A stretch of DNA of 64,000 bases from an uncultured cyanobacterium (GTDB lineage: Bacteria; Cyanobacteriota; Cyanobacteriia; PCC-6307; Cyanobiaceae), in NCBI GenBank assembly GCA_963697335.1, contig CAVONQ010000004.1, positions 8,747-72,746 of the forward strand. The letters run 5' to 3'. This document shows positions 1 through 10,859 of this stretch, in pieces. Every line of letters begins with the position of its first letter. Positions within the stretch are counted from its first letter, which is position 1. A program made the translations under genes and the position numbers. The notes under the pieces were generated by a model that did not search any database, had not been told where the DNA came from, and saw only the letters and a list, made by a program, of their open reading frames with translations.

Positions 1-38
1 CCGACGCCGCTGTCGAAGAGGCCGACGAGCAGCGCCAT
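1..38 (-). CDS. murI: glutamate racemase, 5' end only (runs off window)
   Basis: Reverse complement of 1-38 reads ATG GCG CTG CTC GTC GGC CTC TTC GAC AGC GGC GTC GG = MALLVGLFDSGVG, the MurI GxFDSGVGG motif; ATG overlaps the amidase TGA. Confidence 0.85.
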   Translation of the reverse strand, partial: MALLVGLFDSGV

Positions 39-1168
39 CAGCGCCCCCCCAGGAACTGCAGGATGCCGGTGGCCAGGGCCATGGCGAGGCGGCGGCGGTG
101 GGAGGGATCGGCCAGGCGCGGCGCGTCGAGGGCCCCGGTCACGAAGCCCATCTCCACCAGGGAGGACGGCATCACGGTGCGGCGGATCACGAAGAAGCGG
201 CCGGCCTTGACGCCGCGATCCGGGGAGCCCGGCGACACGGACATCATCTGGGCCTGCAGGGCCCGCGCCAGGCGCAGCGACTGACCGCCCGAGAAATAGA
301 AGGTCTCAACGCCGTTCACATCCGGGCGGGCCATGCTCAGGGCATTGGCGTGAATGCTCACGAACACGTCGGCGCCCACCCGGTTGGCCAGGGCCACCCG
401 CGGTGGCAGGTCCACGTCCACATCCGAGGTGCGGGTCATCACCACGTTGACGCCGCGGGCCTGGAGCAGACGGGCCACCTGCAGGGACACGTCGAGCACG
501 ACGTCGGTCTCCCGCAGGCCGCGGATACCCACGGCGCCGGGATCCGGGCCGCCGTGACCGGGATCGATCACCACCCGGAAGCGCCCCCGGGGCACCACGG
601 GGAGACCATCGGCGGAAAGGGGCGTGCTGGCAGTCGGGAAGCTGGCAGTGGAAAGCCTGGGGCCTGCTCCTGAGGCGATGGGAGTGCTGCGGTCCACATC
701 ACCCTCGCCCAGGCCCAGCAGCACCGGCCGCCTCAGCCCCTTGAACTCCAGCTTCCAGCGGTCCGAGGCGGTGCCCACCAGGCGCAGGTCGGCGGGATTG
801 AGCTCGGTTCCGGGCCTGAACTCCACCACGATCCGGGTGGTGGTGGGGGTGGGCTTGCCGATGCGTACCTCGCGCACATCGCCACTGCCGCGGATCGAGC
901 GGGTGCTCATCGGAGCCCCCGGCAGATCCACCCACACCCGCGGCCCTCTCAGCCGCGTGCCGTCTTCAAAGAAGGCCTGCAGCCGCACATTGGGGCTGGT
1001 GCGTAGCTCCAGGGCCCCCTGGCGCGTGATCCGCCAGGCGGCCAGGCTGGAGGCCAGGGCCGGCAGATCGGCCAGCACCAGCGCGACGGCCAGCAGCACC
1101 CGCAGCAGGCCGAGGCGACGGGGGGACCTGGCGCTGCCGGGGCGCCTCAGTGGCATCGGGGCAGCCAC
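38..1168 (-). CDS. N-acetylmuramoyl-L-alanine amidase (Amidase_3) with N-terminal AMIN-like domain
   Basis: VVIDPGHGGPDPGA, ETDVVL, SIHANA and LVEMGF motifs; signal-like N-terminus. Confidence 0.92.
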   Translation of the reverse strand: MAAPMPLRRPGSARSPRRLGLLRVLLAVALVLADLPALASSLAAWRITRQGALELRTSPNVRLQAFFEDGTRLRGPRVWVDLPGAPMSTRSIRGSGDVREVRIGKPTPTTTRIVVEFRPGTELNPADLRLVGTASDRWKLEFKGLRRPVLLGLGEGDVDRSTPIASGAGPRLSTASFPTASTPLSADGLPVVPRGRFRVVIDPGHGGPDPGAVGIRGLRETDVVLDVSLQVARLLQARGVNVVMTRTSDVDVDLPPRVALANRVGADVFVSIHANALSMARPDVNGVETFYFSGGQSLRLARALQAQMMSVSPGSPDRGVKAGRFFVIRRTVMPSSLVEMGFVTGALDAPRLADPSHRRRLAMALATGILQFLGGR

Positions 1169-1987
1169 TCAGAACAGGGCCGGACGCCGGTGCTGCAGGC
1201 TCGGCATCTGGGCCCGCACCCGCTCGCCGTGGCGTGGGTCAATCGGGGCGACCGCCAGGCCCGGAGCATCGCCGGCATCGGCCAGCACCGTGCCCCAGGG
1301 GTCGATCACCAGGGCATGGCCATGGCTCTGGCGGCGGCCGTAGTGGTGGCCCGTCTGGGCCGGGGCCACCACGTAGGCGGTGTTTTCGATCGCCCTGGCC
1401 TGCAGCAGCACCTGCCAGTGGTCCTTGCCGGTGAAGGCCGTGAAGGCGGCGGGCACCATCAGCACATCGGCACCGGCCCCGGCCAGATGGCGGTAGAGCT
1501 CAGGAAAGCGCACGTCGTAACAGATGGAGATGCCGATGCGGCCCAGCCCCGGCACCGCCACCACCGGGGGCAACTCAGTGCCGGGACGCACCGTGGCCGA
1601 CTCCCTGTAGGTGTTGCCGTCCGGAAGGTCCACATCGAAGAGATGGATCTTGTCGTAGCGAGCCAGCAGCTGGCCTTCGGTGCCCACCAGTTCGGCCCGG
1701 TTCAGGGTCTGACCATCACCCGCAGGCACGGGGAAGCCCCCACCCAGGAGGGTCACCTGGTAGCGGCGCGCCATGGTCACCAGAAAACTGCTGCAGCGCT
1801 CCCCCAGGCTGGGCGCCAGCTCCAGGCGCAGCTCATCTTCTCCCATGAAGGCGAAGTTCTCGGGCAGACCCACCAGCTCGGCCCCACGACGGGCGGCCAG
1901 CTCGATCTGCTCCTCGGCGGCGGCAAAGTTGTCGTCCGGGACCGGAGTGCTGGTGAGCTGCACCGCTGCCGCCAGATAACTGCTCAC
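1169..1987 (-). CDS. carbon-nitrogen hydrolase, Nit1-like
   Basis: E-K-C triad contexts LPENF, YDKIHLFD, ICYDVRFPE; ARAIEN; GHALVIDPWG. Confidence 0.92.
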   Translation of the reverse strand: MSSYLAAAVQLTSTPVPDDNFAAAEEQIELAARRGAELVGLPENFAFMGEDELRLELAPSLGERCSSFLVTMARRYQVTLLGGGFPVPAGDGQTLNRAELVGTEGQLLARYDKIHLFDVDLPDGNTYRESATVRPGTELPPVVAVPGLGRIGISICYDVRFPELYRHLAGAGADVLMVPAAFTAFTGKDHWQVLLQARAIENTAYVVAPAQTGHHYGRRQSHGHALVIDPWGTVLADAGDAPGLAVAPIDPRHGERVRAQMPSLQHRRPALF

Positions 1988-2029
1988 CTGATGCCGAAAA
2001 AGATCCGCCGCACTGTAAGGGCCTTCCCC

Positions 2030-2785
2030 TCAGCCGGCTCTGAGCACGCCGGGCTCGCTCTGGGTCGGCACGATCGTGAGGGTGTCCACCGCACTGCAGC
2101 AGGCGAAATCGGCGTCGTGGTCTCCCAGGGCGATCAGTCGCTTGCCGTGGCTGGCGGCCCGCAGACAGGTTTCAGGGTCGCTGTGCCACTGCTGCCAGAG
2201 GGCCAGGGCGGCCAGCATCTCGTCATTGCCCAGGTCCACCCCCCGGTGGGGGGCCACCGCCAGCTCGATGGCGGCTGAGGCCACGGCCCCCGCCGCCAGG
2301 CTGTCCTCCAGGGAATAGTCACCCTCCCAACCGCTGCCCACGATCCACACCCGCTCGACGCCGGCCTCCAGCAGCCGGCGCGCCACGGCAGTGCGGTTGG
2401 GCAGGCAGGCGGTGACCAGCAGGGGCACCGCACGCACCGCCTGCAGCGAGCGGGTGCCGTTGGTGGTGCTCATGAAGATGCGCTTGCCGGCCACCCGCTC
2501 GGCGGTCACCGCCAGGGGGGAGTTGCCCAGGTCGTAGCCCGCGACGCGCTGGCCGCCCCGCTCCCCGGCCCGCAGGGTGAGCGCAGGGGGCCAGGCGGCG
2601 GCGGCCCGGTCCAGGGCCTCCAGATCGGCGAAGGCCTCGATCGCCTCGGCGCCGTTCTGCAGAGACCAGGCGATGGTGGTGGTGGCGCGCAGCACATCGA
2701 TCACCACCGCGGCCTGAGGCCCGCCCTCGGCCGCGGCGGCCACGGGGGGCACGCACTCGGATGTGGGGTAGTAGGAGATCTGCAC
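2030..2785 (-). CDS. comB: 2-phosphosulfolactate phosphatase family protein
   Basis: [38 protein letters not shown]; start trimmed to GTG at 2785 to avoid overlap with ubiD. Confidence 0.88.
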   Translation of the reverse strand: MQISYYPTSECVPPVAAAAEGGPQAAVVIDVLRATTTIAWSLQNGAEAIEAFADLEALDRAAAAWPPALTLRAGERGGQRVAGYDLGNSPLAVTAERVAGKRIFMSTTNGTRSLQAVRAVPLLVTACLPNRTAVARRLLEAGVERVWIVGSGWEGDYSLEDSLAAGAVASAAIELAVAPHRGVDLGNDEMLAALALWQQWHSDPETCLRAASHGKRLIALGDHDADFACCSAVDTLTIVPTQSEPGVLRAG

Positions 2786-2957
2786 GAAGGCGGCACCGCT
2801 GGCGGCCTCACAGTAGGGAGCGTGCCCCACGGGCCACAGGCCGCAACGGCGGGAGTGGTTGCGGCACAGTGCATTGGCCAGCGCGCGCAGGCGTGTTGCG
2901 GCTCCAAGGCCACGGCGTTCCCGGGGTCGCTCCGATTCCCCCGATTCCCTCCACGCG

Positions 2958-4544
2958 ATGACCGCCACCGAGGCTGCCCCTGTCACCCGTCGCCGCAACC
3001 GCCGGGACCTGCGCGGTTTCCTGGAGCTGCTGGAGAGCCGCAACCAGCTGCGCCGCATTCAGGCTCCCGTGGACCCGGACCTGGAACTGGCGGCGATCGC
3101 CGATCGGGTGTTGAGCTGCGGCGGGCCTGCCCTGCTGTTCGAGAACGTGATCGGCTCCTCGATGCCGGTGGCCATCAACCTGCTCGGCACCCAGGAGCGG
3201 GTGCTGTGGAGCATGGGCATGGAGCGGCCCGAAGAACTGGAAGCCCTGGGGGAGCGGCTGGCCCTGCTGCAGCAACCCAGGCCGCCCAAGGGCCTGCGTG
3301 AGGCCACCCGCTTCGGCGGCGTGCTCTGGGACGTGGTTAAGGCCCGCCCCGACCTCGACCTGCTGCCCCCCTGCCAACAGCAGGTGTTCCGGGGCGAGGA
3401 CGTGAATCTCGATGCCATCCCGATGCTGCGCCCCTGGCCGGGCGATGCCGGCCGGATCATCACCCTGGGGCTGGTGATCACAAAGGACCCCGAGACCGGC
3501 ACCCCCAACGTGGGCGTGTACCGGCTGCAGCAGCAGTCGATCAACACGATGACGGTGCACTGGCTGAGCGTGCGCGGCGGCGCCCGCCACCTGCGCAAGG
3601 CGGCGGCCCTGGGCAAGAAGCTGGAGATCGCCATTGCCATCGGCGTGCACCCCCTGCTGGTGATGGCCGCCGCCACACCGATCCCGGTGCAGCTGAGCGA
3701 GTGGCTGTTCGCGGGCATCTACGCCGGTGAGGGGGTACGGCTGGCGAAGTGCAAGACGGTGAACCTCGAGGTGCCCAGCCACAGCGAAGTGGTGCTGGAG
3801 GGCACGATCACTCCCGGCGAGGAGCTGGCCGATGGCCCCTTCGGCGACCACATGGGCTTCTACGGCGGCGAGGAGCCCTCACCGCTGGTGCGCTTCCAGT
3901 GCGTCACCCAGCGCCGCCAGCCGATCTACTTCACCACCTTCAGCGGCCGTCCCCCCAAGGAGGACGCCATGCTGGCGATTGCGCTGAACCGCATCTACAC
4001 GCCGATCCTGCGGCAGCAGATTCCTGAGATCGTCGATTTCTTCCTGCCGATGGAGGGGCTCAGCTACAAGCTGGCCGTGATCGCCATCGACAAGGCCTAC
4101 CCCGGCCAGGCGAAGCGGGCGGCGATGGCCTTCTGGACGGCCCTGCCCCAGTTCACCTACACCAAATTTGTGGTGGTGGTGGACAAGGCGATCAACATCC
4201 GCGATCCACGCCAGGTGATCTGGGCCATCAGCGCCCTGGTGGATCCCCAGCGGGACCTGTTCGTGCTGGGCGACACGCCCTTCGACAGCCTGGACTTCGC
4301 CAGTGAGCGGCTGGGCCTCGGCGGCCGCCTGGCCATTGATGCCACCACCAAGGTGGGCCCGGAGAAGCGCCACCCCTGGGGGGAACCCCTGCAGCGGCCC
4401 CCGGAGCTGGAGGCCCGCCTCGATGGCCGCTGGCAGGAGCTGGGGCTGGCCGACGTGGCCAACCACTCCCCCGACCCCGCCCTGTTCGGCTACACCCTCG
4501 AACACGTGCTGGAGCGGCTCAGCCGGGCCGGCCTCGGCGGCTGA
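2958..4544 (+). CDS. ubiD: UbiD family decarboxylase (4-hydroxy-3-polyprenylbenzoate decarboxylase)
   Basis: [52 protein letters not shown] 2958 chosen. Confidence 0.93.
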   Translation: MTATEAAPVTRRRNRRDLRGFLELLESRNQLRRIQAPVDPDLELAAIADRVLSCGGPALLFENVIGSSMPVAINLLGTQERVLWSMGMERPEELEALGERLALLQQPRPPKGLREATRFGGVLWDVVKARPDLDLLPPCQQQVFRGEDVNLDAIPMLRPWPGDAGRIITLGLVITKDPETGTPNVGVYRLQQQSINTMTVHWLSVRGGARHLRKAAALGKKLEIAIAIGVHPLLVMAAATPIPVQLSEWLFAGIYAGEGVRLAKCKTVNLEVPSHSEVVLEGTITPGEELADGPFGDHMGFYGGEEPSPLVRFQCVTQRRQPIYFTTFSGRPPKEDAMLAIALNRIYTPILRQQIPEIVDFFLPMEGLSYKLAVIAIDKAYPGQAKRAAMAFWTALPQFTYTKFVVVVDKAINIRDPRQVIWAISALVDPQRDLFVLGDTPFDSLDFASERLGLGGRLAIDATTKVGPEKRHPWGEPLQRPPELEARLDGRWQELGLADVANHSPDPALFGYTLEHVLERLSRAGLGG

Positions 4545-4975
4545 TGCTGAGCAAGGGCAGCGCCGATGCCCTGCGGGCCCTGCTGGAACTGGCCGAGGCT
4601 CCGGAGCGCTGGCGCTCCACCCGGGAGCTGGCCCAGGCCCAGCAGCTGACAGAGCCGATGCTGGAGCAGCTGCTGCTGCGGCTGCGGCGGGCGGGCCTGC
4701 TGCAGGCACGGCGCGGGCGCCTGGGGGGCTACCGGCTGGCCCGCCCGCCCCACCAGATCGGGGTGCAGGAGGTGATTGTCGCCGTGCAGGGATCCTCCAG
4801 CGCGCCTGGGGAGAGCGGCGGCTCCGCCGCTGACCAGGTGACCCGGGCCCTGGAGGCCAGGCTGCAGCGGGCCGTGACCCGGGCGCTGCTGGAACTGAGC
4901 CTCGAGGAGCTGCTGTTCGACCTGCGCAGCGCCGAGGCCTGCCGCGACGGCGAGGCCGGCCTGCTGCTGGGCTGA
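4544..4975 (+). CDS. Rrf2 family transcriptional regulator
   Basis: [37 protein letters not shown] winged-helix signature; TGATG coupling to ubiD. Confidence 0.85.
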   Translation: MLSKGSADALRALLELAEAPERWRSTRELAQAQQLTEPMLEQLLLRLRRAGLLQARRGRLGGYRLARPPHQIGVQEVIVAVQGSSSAPGESGGSAADQVTRALEARLQRAVTRALLELSLEELLFDLRSAEACRDGEAGLLLG

Positions 4976-5018
4976 GCGGGCGCCGTCCATAGGATCGCCG
5001 CAACCCGAAGCCCCAGCC

Positions 5019-6341
5019 TTGGTCCAGCTCCCCAGCAGCACGCCGCTCCCCCTGCCGGCCGGAGGGCGCCTGCGCGGCAGCGTGCGGGTGCCGGGGGACA
5101 AGTCGATCTCGCACCGGGCCCTGTTGTTCGGCGCCATCGCCAGCGGTGAGACCCGCATCGAGGGCCTGCTCCCGGCCGAAGACCCGCTCAGCACCGCGGC
5201 GTGCCTGCGGGCCATGGGCGTGGAGGTGTCACCGATCGCCGCGGGCCAGCTGGTGCAGGTGCAGGGGGTGGGGCTCGATGGGCTGCAGGAGCCTGACGCC
5301 GTACTCGAGTGCGGCAATTCCGGCACCACCATGCGGCTGATGCTGGGCCTGCTGGCCGGCCGGGAGGGGCGCCACTTCGTGCTCAACGGCGATGCCTCCC
5401 TGCGGGGCCGGCCGATGCGGCGGGTGGGCGACCCCCTGGCGGCGATGGGGGCCTCGATCCACGGCCGCAGCGGCGGCAACTTCGCGCCCCTGGCCGTGCT
5501 GGGCCGGCCACTCCAGGGCAGAACCCTGCGCACCCCGGTGGCCTCGGCCCAGGTGAAGAGCGCCATCCTGCTGGCGGCGCTCACGGCCAGCGGCGACACC
5601 ACGGTGATCGAGCCGGCCCAGAGCCGCGACCACAGCGAGCGCATGTTGCGGGCCTTCGGGGCCGACCTGGAGGTGGGCGGTGAGGCACGCACCTGCGTCA
5701 CCTTGCGGCCGGGAGCCCAGCTCACGGGCCAGCACGTGGTGGTGCCGGGCGACATCAGTTCGGCCGCCTTCTGGCTGGTGGCCGCCGCCGTGATCCCCGG
5801 GGCCGAGCTCACGGTGGAGAACGTGGGCCTCAACCCCAGCCGCACCGGCATCCTGGAGGTGCTCGAGCAGATGGGGGCCCGGCTGGAGGTGCTGCAGCCC
5901 CGTGATGTGGCCGGGGAACCGGTGGGGGACCTGCGGGTGAGCCACGGGCCGCTGCGGGCCTTTGACATCGGCGGCGACCTGGTGCCGCGGCTGGTGGATG
6001 AAATTCCGGTGCTGGCGGTGGCGGCCTGCTGCGCCGAGGGCCTCAGCCGCATCCGCGATGCCGCCGAGCTGCGGGTGAAGGAGACCGACCGGCTGGCCGT
6101 GATGACCCGTCAGCTGGGGGCGATGGGGGCCCGCATCGAGGCCTTTGACGACGGCCTGGCGATCACCGGCGGGGTGGCGCTGCACGGGGCCGAGCTCGAC
6201 AGCGAGACGGACCACCGGGTGGCCATGAGCCTGGCGGTGGCCAGCCGCGTCGCCAGCGGCGACAGCCTGCTGCACCGGCCAGAGGCAGCGGCCGTGTCCT
6301 ACCCCGGCTTCTGGGATGACCTCCAACGCCTCAGCGCTTAG
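5019..6341 (+). CDS. aroA: 3-phosphoshikimate 1-carboxyvinyltransferase
   Basis: [44 protein letters not shown]. Confidence 0.96.
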   Translation: MVQLPSSTPLPLPAGGRLRGSVRVPGDKSISHRALLFGAIASGETRIEGLLPAEDPLSTAACLRAMGVEVSPIAAGQLVQVQGVGLDGLQEPDAVLECGNSGTTMRLMLGLLAGREGRHFVLNGDASLRGRPMRRVGDPLAAMGASIHGRSGGNFAPLAVLGRPLQGRTLRTPVASAQVKSAILLAALTASGDTTVIEPAQSRDHSERMLRAFGADLEVGGEARTCVTLRPGAQLTGQHVVVPGDISSAAFWLVAAAVIPGAELTVENVGLNPSRTGILEVLEQMGARLEVLQPRDVAGEPVGDLRVSHGPLRAFDIGGDLVPRLVDEIPVLAVAACCAEGLSRIRDAAELRVKETDRLAVMTRQLGAMGARIEAFDDGLAITGGVALHGAELDSETDHRVAMSLAVASRVASGDSLLHRPEAAAVSYPGFWDDLQRLSA

Positions 6342-7242
6342 CCCCGCGGCGGGGGCCGACGGCAGCTTCAGCCTGCACAGCAGTGCCTTCGACGAGGGCT
6401 TCCACAGCCCGGCGGGCGCCCGCTGGGAGGCAGACCACACCTACCTGGGGCCGGCCGAACTGCAGCGCTACGCAGCCGGCGCCGAGCTGCGGGTGCTGGA
6501 TGTGGGCGTGGGCCTGGGCTACAACAGCGCCGTTCTGTTGGAAGCCGCAGCCGAGCGGGGCCTGACGCTGCGCTGGTGGGGGCTGGAACTGGACCGCCGG
6601 CCCCTGCAGCTGGCCCTGGCCGATCCTGGCTACTGCGCCCAGTGGCGGCCCTCGACCCTGGAGCGGCTGGGCCAGCTGCTGCTGGTGGAGGCCGGCTGGC
6701 CCGGGCGGATTCTCTGGGGCGAGGCCCGCCAGCAACTGGCGGGCCTGGAGCCCTGGCTGCGGGGCCGCTGTGATCTGGTGCTGCTCGACCCCTTCTCGCC
6801 GCGGCGCTGCCCCCAGCTCTGGAGCCAGGACTTCCTGGGGAGGCTGGCCCGGCTGCTGGCCCCCGACGGCAGGCTGCTCACCTACTGCTCGGCGGCCGCC
6901 GTCAGGGGCAGCCTGCGGGGCGCCGGCCTTGAGCTCGCTGCGATCCAGGCCCCCGCTGGGCCCCCGGGTGGCCGGCCCAGCTGGAGTGGGGGTACGGCGG
7001 CAAGCCCCCGGCCCCTGGCCCCCAGCGCCCAGCTGCGCCCCCTCACGGCCATGGAGGAGGAGCACCTGCTCACCAGGGCAGGCGAGCCCTACCGCGACCC
7101 CACCGCCCGGGCCGGCGCCGCGGAGATCCAGGCCAGCCGGCTCCAGGCCCAGGCCTGGAGCGGCCGCAGCAGCACGGGGGCCTGGCGCCGCCGCTGGGGC
7201 CTGGACCATCCCCACCGCAACGGCGTGGTTGGGGCCACGTAG
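6316..7242 (+). CDS. MnmC/MnmD-like SAM-dependent methyltransferase
   Basis: [53 protein letters not shown]. Confidence 0.8.
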   Translation: MTSNASALSPAAGADGSFSLHSSAFDEGFHSPAGARWEADHTYLGPAELQRYAAGAELRVLDVGVGLGYNSAVLLEAAAERGLTLRWWGLELDRRPLQLALADPGYCAQWRPSTLERLGQLLLVEAGWPGRILWGEARQQLAGLEPWLRGRCDLVLLDPFSPRRCPQLWSQDFLGRLARLLAPDGRLLTYCSAAAVRGSLRGAGLELAAIQAPAGPPGGRPSWSGGTAASPRPLAPSAQLRPLTAMEEEHLLTRAGEPYRDPTARAGAAEIQASRLQAQAWSGRSSTGAWRRRWGLDHPHRNGVVGAT

Positions 7243-7268
7243 ATTCCCGCCAGCCGCCCTCTCCGCCC

Positions 7269-8621
7269 ATGCTCGCCGTTGCCGTGCTGGCCGCTGGGAA
7301 GGGCACACGGATGAAGAGCGAGCTGCCCAAGGTGCTGCAGCCGCTGGCCGGGGCCACGCTGGTGGAGCGGGTGCTGGGCAGCTGCCGGCACCTGGACCCC
7401 GAACGGCAGCTGTTGATCGTGGGTCACCAAGCCGAACGGGTGGAGGCATCCCTGGCGGCGCTGCAGGGCCTCGAGTTCGTGCTGCAGCAGCCCCAGAACG
7501 GCACGGGCCATGCGGTGCAGCAGCTGCTGGAGCCCCTGCAGGGCTTCATCGGCGAGTTACTGGTGCTGAACGGCGACGTCCCCCTGCTGCGCCCCGAGAC
7601 CCTGGAGGCGCTGCTGGAGCAGCACCGCAGCAGTGGCGCCGGCGTGACCCTGCTCACGGCCCGGCTGGACGACCCCACTGGCTACGGCCGCGTGATGGCG
7701 GATGGCTCCGGGCGGGTGAGCGCCATCGTCGAACATCGCGACTGCAGCCCCGAGCAGCGCCTCAATCCCCTGATCAACGCCGGCATCTACTGCTTCAACT
7801 GGGCCCAGCTGGCGGCGGTGCTGCCCCAGCTCAGCACCGACAACGACCAGGGCGAGCTCTACCTCACCGACACCGTGGCGCTGCTGGAGTCGGCCATGCA
7901 CCTGGAGGTGGCCGATGCGGCCGAGATCAACGGCATCAACGACCGGATCCAGCTGGCCCAGTGCGAGGCGGTGCTGCAGGAGCGGCTGCGGCGCCACTGG
8001 ATGGCGGAGGGGGTGAGCTTCGTGGATCCCGCCAGCTGCACCATCAGCGAGGGCAGCCGCTTCGGGCGGGATGTGGTGGTGGAGCCCCAGTGCCATTTTC
8101 GCGGCCACACCGAAGTCGGCTCGGGCTGCCGCATCGGCCCAGGCTGCCTGCTGGACAACGCCCGCCTCGGAACTGGGGTGGAGGTGCTGTACAGCGTCGT
8201 GCGCGACGCCGAGGTGGGGTCCGGCTGCTCCATCGGCCCCTACGCCCAGGTGCGGCCGGGCTCGAGCCTGGGGGAGCGCTGCCATCTGGGCAACTTCGTG
8301 GAGGTCAAGAACAGCAGCCTGGCCAGCGACGTGAAGGTGAACCACCTCAGCTACATCGGCGACGCCGACCTGGGTGCCGGGGTGAATGTGGGGGCCGGCA
8401 CGATCACCGCCAACTACGACGGCGTGCGCAAGCACCGCACCGTGATCGGGGCGGGCAGCAAGACCGGCGCCAACTCAGTGCTGGTGGCACCGATCCAGCT
8501 GGGCGAGAACGTGACCGTGGGCGCCGGCTCCACCCTCACCCGCAACGTGCCCTCGGGCGCCCTGGCCCTGGGTCGCGCTCGCCAGCTGGTGAAGGAGAAC
8601 TGGGGTGGCCCCCAGGGCTGA
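7269..8621 (+). CDS. glmU: bifunctional UDP-GlcNAc pyrophosphorylase / glucosamine-1-phosphate acetyltransferase
   Basis: [18 protein letters not shown], hexapeptide repeats, [19 protein letters not shown]. Confidence 0.97.
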   Translation: MLAVAVLAAGKGTRMKSELPKVLQPLAGATLVERVLGSCRHLDPERQLLIVGHQAERVEASLAALQGLEFVLQQPQNGTGHAVQQLLEPLQGFIGELLVLNGDVPLLRPETLEALLEQHRSSGAGVTLLTARLDDPTGYGRVMADGSGRVSAIVEHRDCSPEQRLNPLINAGIYCFNWAQLAAVLPQLSTDNDQGELYLTDTVALLESAMHLEVADAAEINGINDRIQLAQCEAVLQERLRRHWMAEGVSFVDPASCTISEGSRFGRDVVVEPQCHFRGHTEVGSGCRIGPGCLLDNARLGTGVEVLYSVVRDAEVGSGCSIGPYAQVRPGSSLGERCHLGNFVEVKNSSLASDVKVNHLSYIGDADLGAGVNVGAGTITANYDGVRKHRTVIGAGSKTGANSVLVAPIQLGENVTVGAGSTLTRNVPSGALALGRARQLVKENWGGPQG

Positions 8622-8645
8622 AGGCGAAGGCTGGGGAGCGAAGGC

Positions 8646-10025
8646 TCAGGGGCTGCCTGGCTCCAGCAGCAGGGGAAACGCCCGCTCCAGGGCCACCCCG
8701 CGGCTGGCCTTGAACAGCACGGTGTCTCCGGGAGCCAGCCAGCCGCTCAGTTCGGCGGCGGCCGCCTCCGGGCTGCTCACCCTGGCCAGCCGGCCCAGGC
8801 CATGGGCCGCCGCCTCCATCGCGGCCCCCTCCTGGCCCCCATCCACAATCAGCAGACCCTCCAGACCCAGGGCCAGCGCCCGCTGAGCCACCTGGCGGTG
8901 CAGGCTGAGGCTCTGCTCGCCGAGCTCCAGCATGGTGCCCAGCACCGCGAAGCGGCGGCCGCTGCTGTGGCGGGCGAGCAGCTCCAGGGAGGCCATCACG
9001 GCCTCGGGCGAGGCGTTGTAGGTCTCATCGAGAAGCACGACGCCGCCGCGCTCCAGCCGCCTGCTGCGGCCACCCGGCAGTTCCACCTCCAGAGGCTCGA
9101 GGCGATCGAGGCCCACCCCCAGCTCCCGGGCCACGGCCAGGGCCAGCATCAGGTTGCGGGCATGGTGGCGGCCCTCGAGGGGCAGGGTCAGCCGGTGGCC
9201 ATCGAGCCGCAGCAGGCCCTGCTCTTCATCCAACTCGCCCACCCAGTCGGCCTGGGCCTCGAAGCCTTCTCCGGCAAGGGCGACCCGCACCACCCGCCCC
9301 GCCCAGCTGCTGGCCAGGGCCGCATCCAGCAGGGGGTCACCGGCCGGAATCACCATCAGGCCGCCTGGGCGCAGGCCGGAGCTGATCTCACACTTGGCCT
9401 GCCCGATCGCCTCGCGGCTGCCCAGCCGGCCGATGTGGGCCGTGCCGATGTTGGTGATCACCGCCACATCCGGCTGGGCACAGCGGCTGAGCCGATCGAT
9501 CTCCCCCAGACCGCGCATGCCCATTTCCACCACCACGGCCCGGTGCTCGGGGGTGGCCTGCAACAGGGTGAGGGGAACGCCGATGTCGTTGTTGTTGTTG
9601 CCGCTGGCGGCCAGCACCGGGCCCAGGGGGGCGAGCACCGCCCGGATCAGTTCACGGGTGCCGGTCTTGCCGGCGGAGCCGGTCACGGCCACCACCGGAA
9701 CCTGCAGCCGCCGGCGCCAGTGCTGCGCCAGCCGCTGGTAGGCCGCCAGGGTGTCAGGCACCACCCAGAGCAGGCAGCTGCGTTCAGCGGCGGCCTGCTC
9801 AAGGGCCACCAGGGCCTCGGGGGACAGGCGGTCGCGCTGCACCACCACAGCCCGACAGCCGGCCTCGATGGCCTGGTGGACGAAGGCATGTCCATCGAGT
9901 CGCTCGCCCACCAGGGCCAGGAACAGGCCATCCGGTTCGAGCCGGCGGCTGTCGGTGCTCACGGCGCTGGCCACAACTCGGGGCTCTGCCCAGATCGCAT
10001 CCAGCTCAGCGAGGCGCAGGGGCAT
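8646..10025 (-). CDS. murF: UDP-MurNAc-tripeptide--D-Ala-D-Ala ligase
   Basis: STDSR, DGHAF, AVTGSAGKT, NNDIGVPLT, EMGM, DETYNASP, KASRG; ATG 10025 chosen. Confidence 0.94.
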   Translation of the reverse strand: MPLRLAELDAIWAEPRVVASAVSTDSRRLEPDGLFLALVGERLDGHAFVHQAIEAGCRAVVVQRDRLSPEALVALEQAAAERSCLLWVVPDTLAAYQRLAQHWRRRLQVPVVAVTGSAGKTGTRELIRAVLAPLGPVLAASGNNNNDIGVPLTLLQATPEHRAVVVEMGMRGLGEIDRLSRCAQPDVAVITNIGTAHIGRLGSREAIGQAKCEISSGLRPGGLMVIPAGDPLLDAALASSWAGRVVRVALAGEGFEAQADWVGELDEEQGLLRLDGHRLTLPLEGRHHARNLMLALAVARELGVGLDRLEPLEVELPGGRSRRLERGGVVLLDETYNASPEAVMASLELLARHSSGRRFAVLGTMLELGEQSLSLHRQVAQRALALGLEGLLIVDGGQEGAAMEAAAHGLGRLARVSSPEAAAAELSGWLAPGDTVLFKASRGVALERAFPLLLEPGSP

Positions 10026-10033
10026 GGCGCAGG

Positions 10034-10834
10034 TCAGGGCGGGGAAAGCAGGATCATGCCTGAACCCACCCGGGCCGATCGGGCCAGAAGCCGGCCCTCC
10101 GGATCCCGCAGCTCCAGGGCGTCGTAGTCCAGCTGGCGGCTGCGCTGCTGCCAACCATCAGCCAGCCGCTGCCGCTCTGCCGCCGGCAGGCCCGCCCAGC
10201 CACGGTCGAGCTGAAGCTGGAGCAGGGGCAGACGGGCCGCCGGCGCCGGCTTCACCTGGAGCACCAGATCCCCCTCGGGGGTCGTCTCCTGGAAGGCCTC
10301 CAGCAGGGGATCCTCGGCGGAGGGCGCCGGCACCCCTGGCGGTGGCAGCGCCGAGGCGGGAGGAGAAGGGGGCAGCGGCTTGGGCTGCGACGCACCCGGC
10401 CTCGGCTCGCTGCCCGTGGCCGTCTGGCCAGGCTGCATGGAGCCATCCGGAGACTCAGCGGCAGGGCCATCTCCAGCTGCGGCAAAGCCGTTCACCGAGG
10501 TGCGGGGCTCGGCCGGCACGGCGGCGGGGGGGCGCGACCAGGGCAGGGCCGGCAGCAGCAGGGCCCCCAGGGCGAGCAGGGCCCCCAGGGCCGCCGCCAG
10601 CACCAGGGGCCAGAACCAGGCGGCCCAGGGGCCGGGCCAGAAGGCCGGGCACGGCAGGTCTCCCTGACGGTTGAGCCGCACCAGCTCCCGCAGCCGCAGG
10701 CGAGTGCTGGCCGCCACCGCCCCCAGATCGCGGCGCAGCAGCCGCCAGGGGTCCACGTAAGGAGCCGGCAGGGCGGAGGCAGCCTCAGCGCGGCCGGCTC
10801 CGTCGCTCTCAGGACTGGGCCCGGCCACAGGCAC
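10034..10834 (-). CDS. hypothetical membrane-anchored protein
   Basis: Fills murF-glgA gap in the same orientation; one hydrophobic segment, Pro-rich linker, C-terminal ARSARVGSGMILL. Confidence 0.7.
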   Translation of the reverse strand: MPVAGPSPESDGAGRAEAASALPAPYVDPWRLLRRDLGAVAASTRLRLRELVRLNRQGDLPCPAFWPGPWAAWFWPLVLAAALGALLALGALLLPALPWSRPPAAVPAEPRTSVNGFAAAGDGPAAESPDGSMQPGQTATGSEPRPGASQPKPLPPSPPASALPPPGVPAPSAEDPLLEAFQETTPEGDLVLQVKPAPAARLPLLQLQLDRGWAGLPAAERQRLADGWQQRSRQLDYDALELRDPEGRLLARSARVGSGMILLSPP

Positions 10835-10859
10835 TGCCCCCAGCGGACTGGGATCTCAC

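Noticed and set aside
3093..3100. HIP1 octamer GCGATCGC (a few scattered copies)
   Set aside because: Only occasional copies noticed; enrichment cannot be shown without counting against a GC-matched background
6770..8713. Long Ala/Gly/Arg/Pro-rich alternative-frame ORFs overlapping real genes throughout the window
   Set aside because: Frame-shifted shadows of GC-rich coding sequence with low-complexity composition
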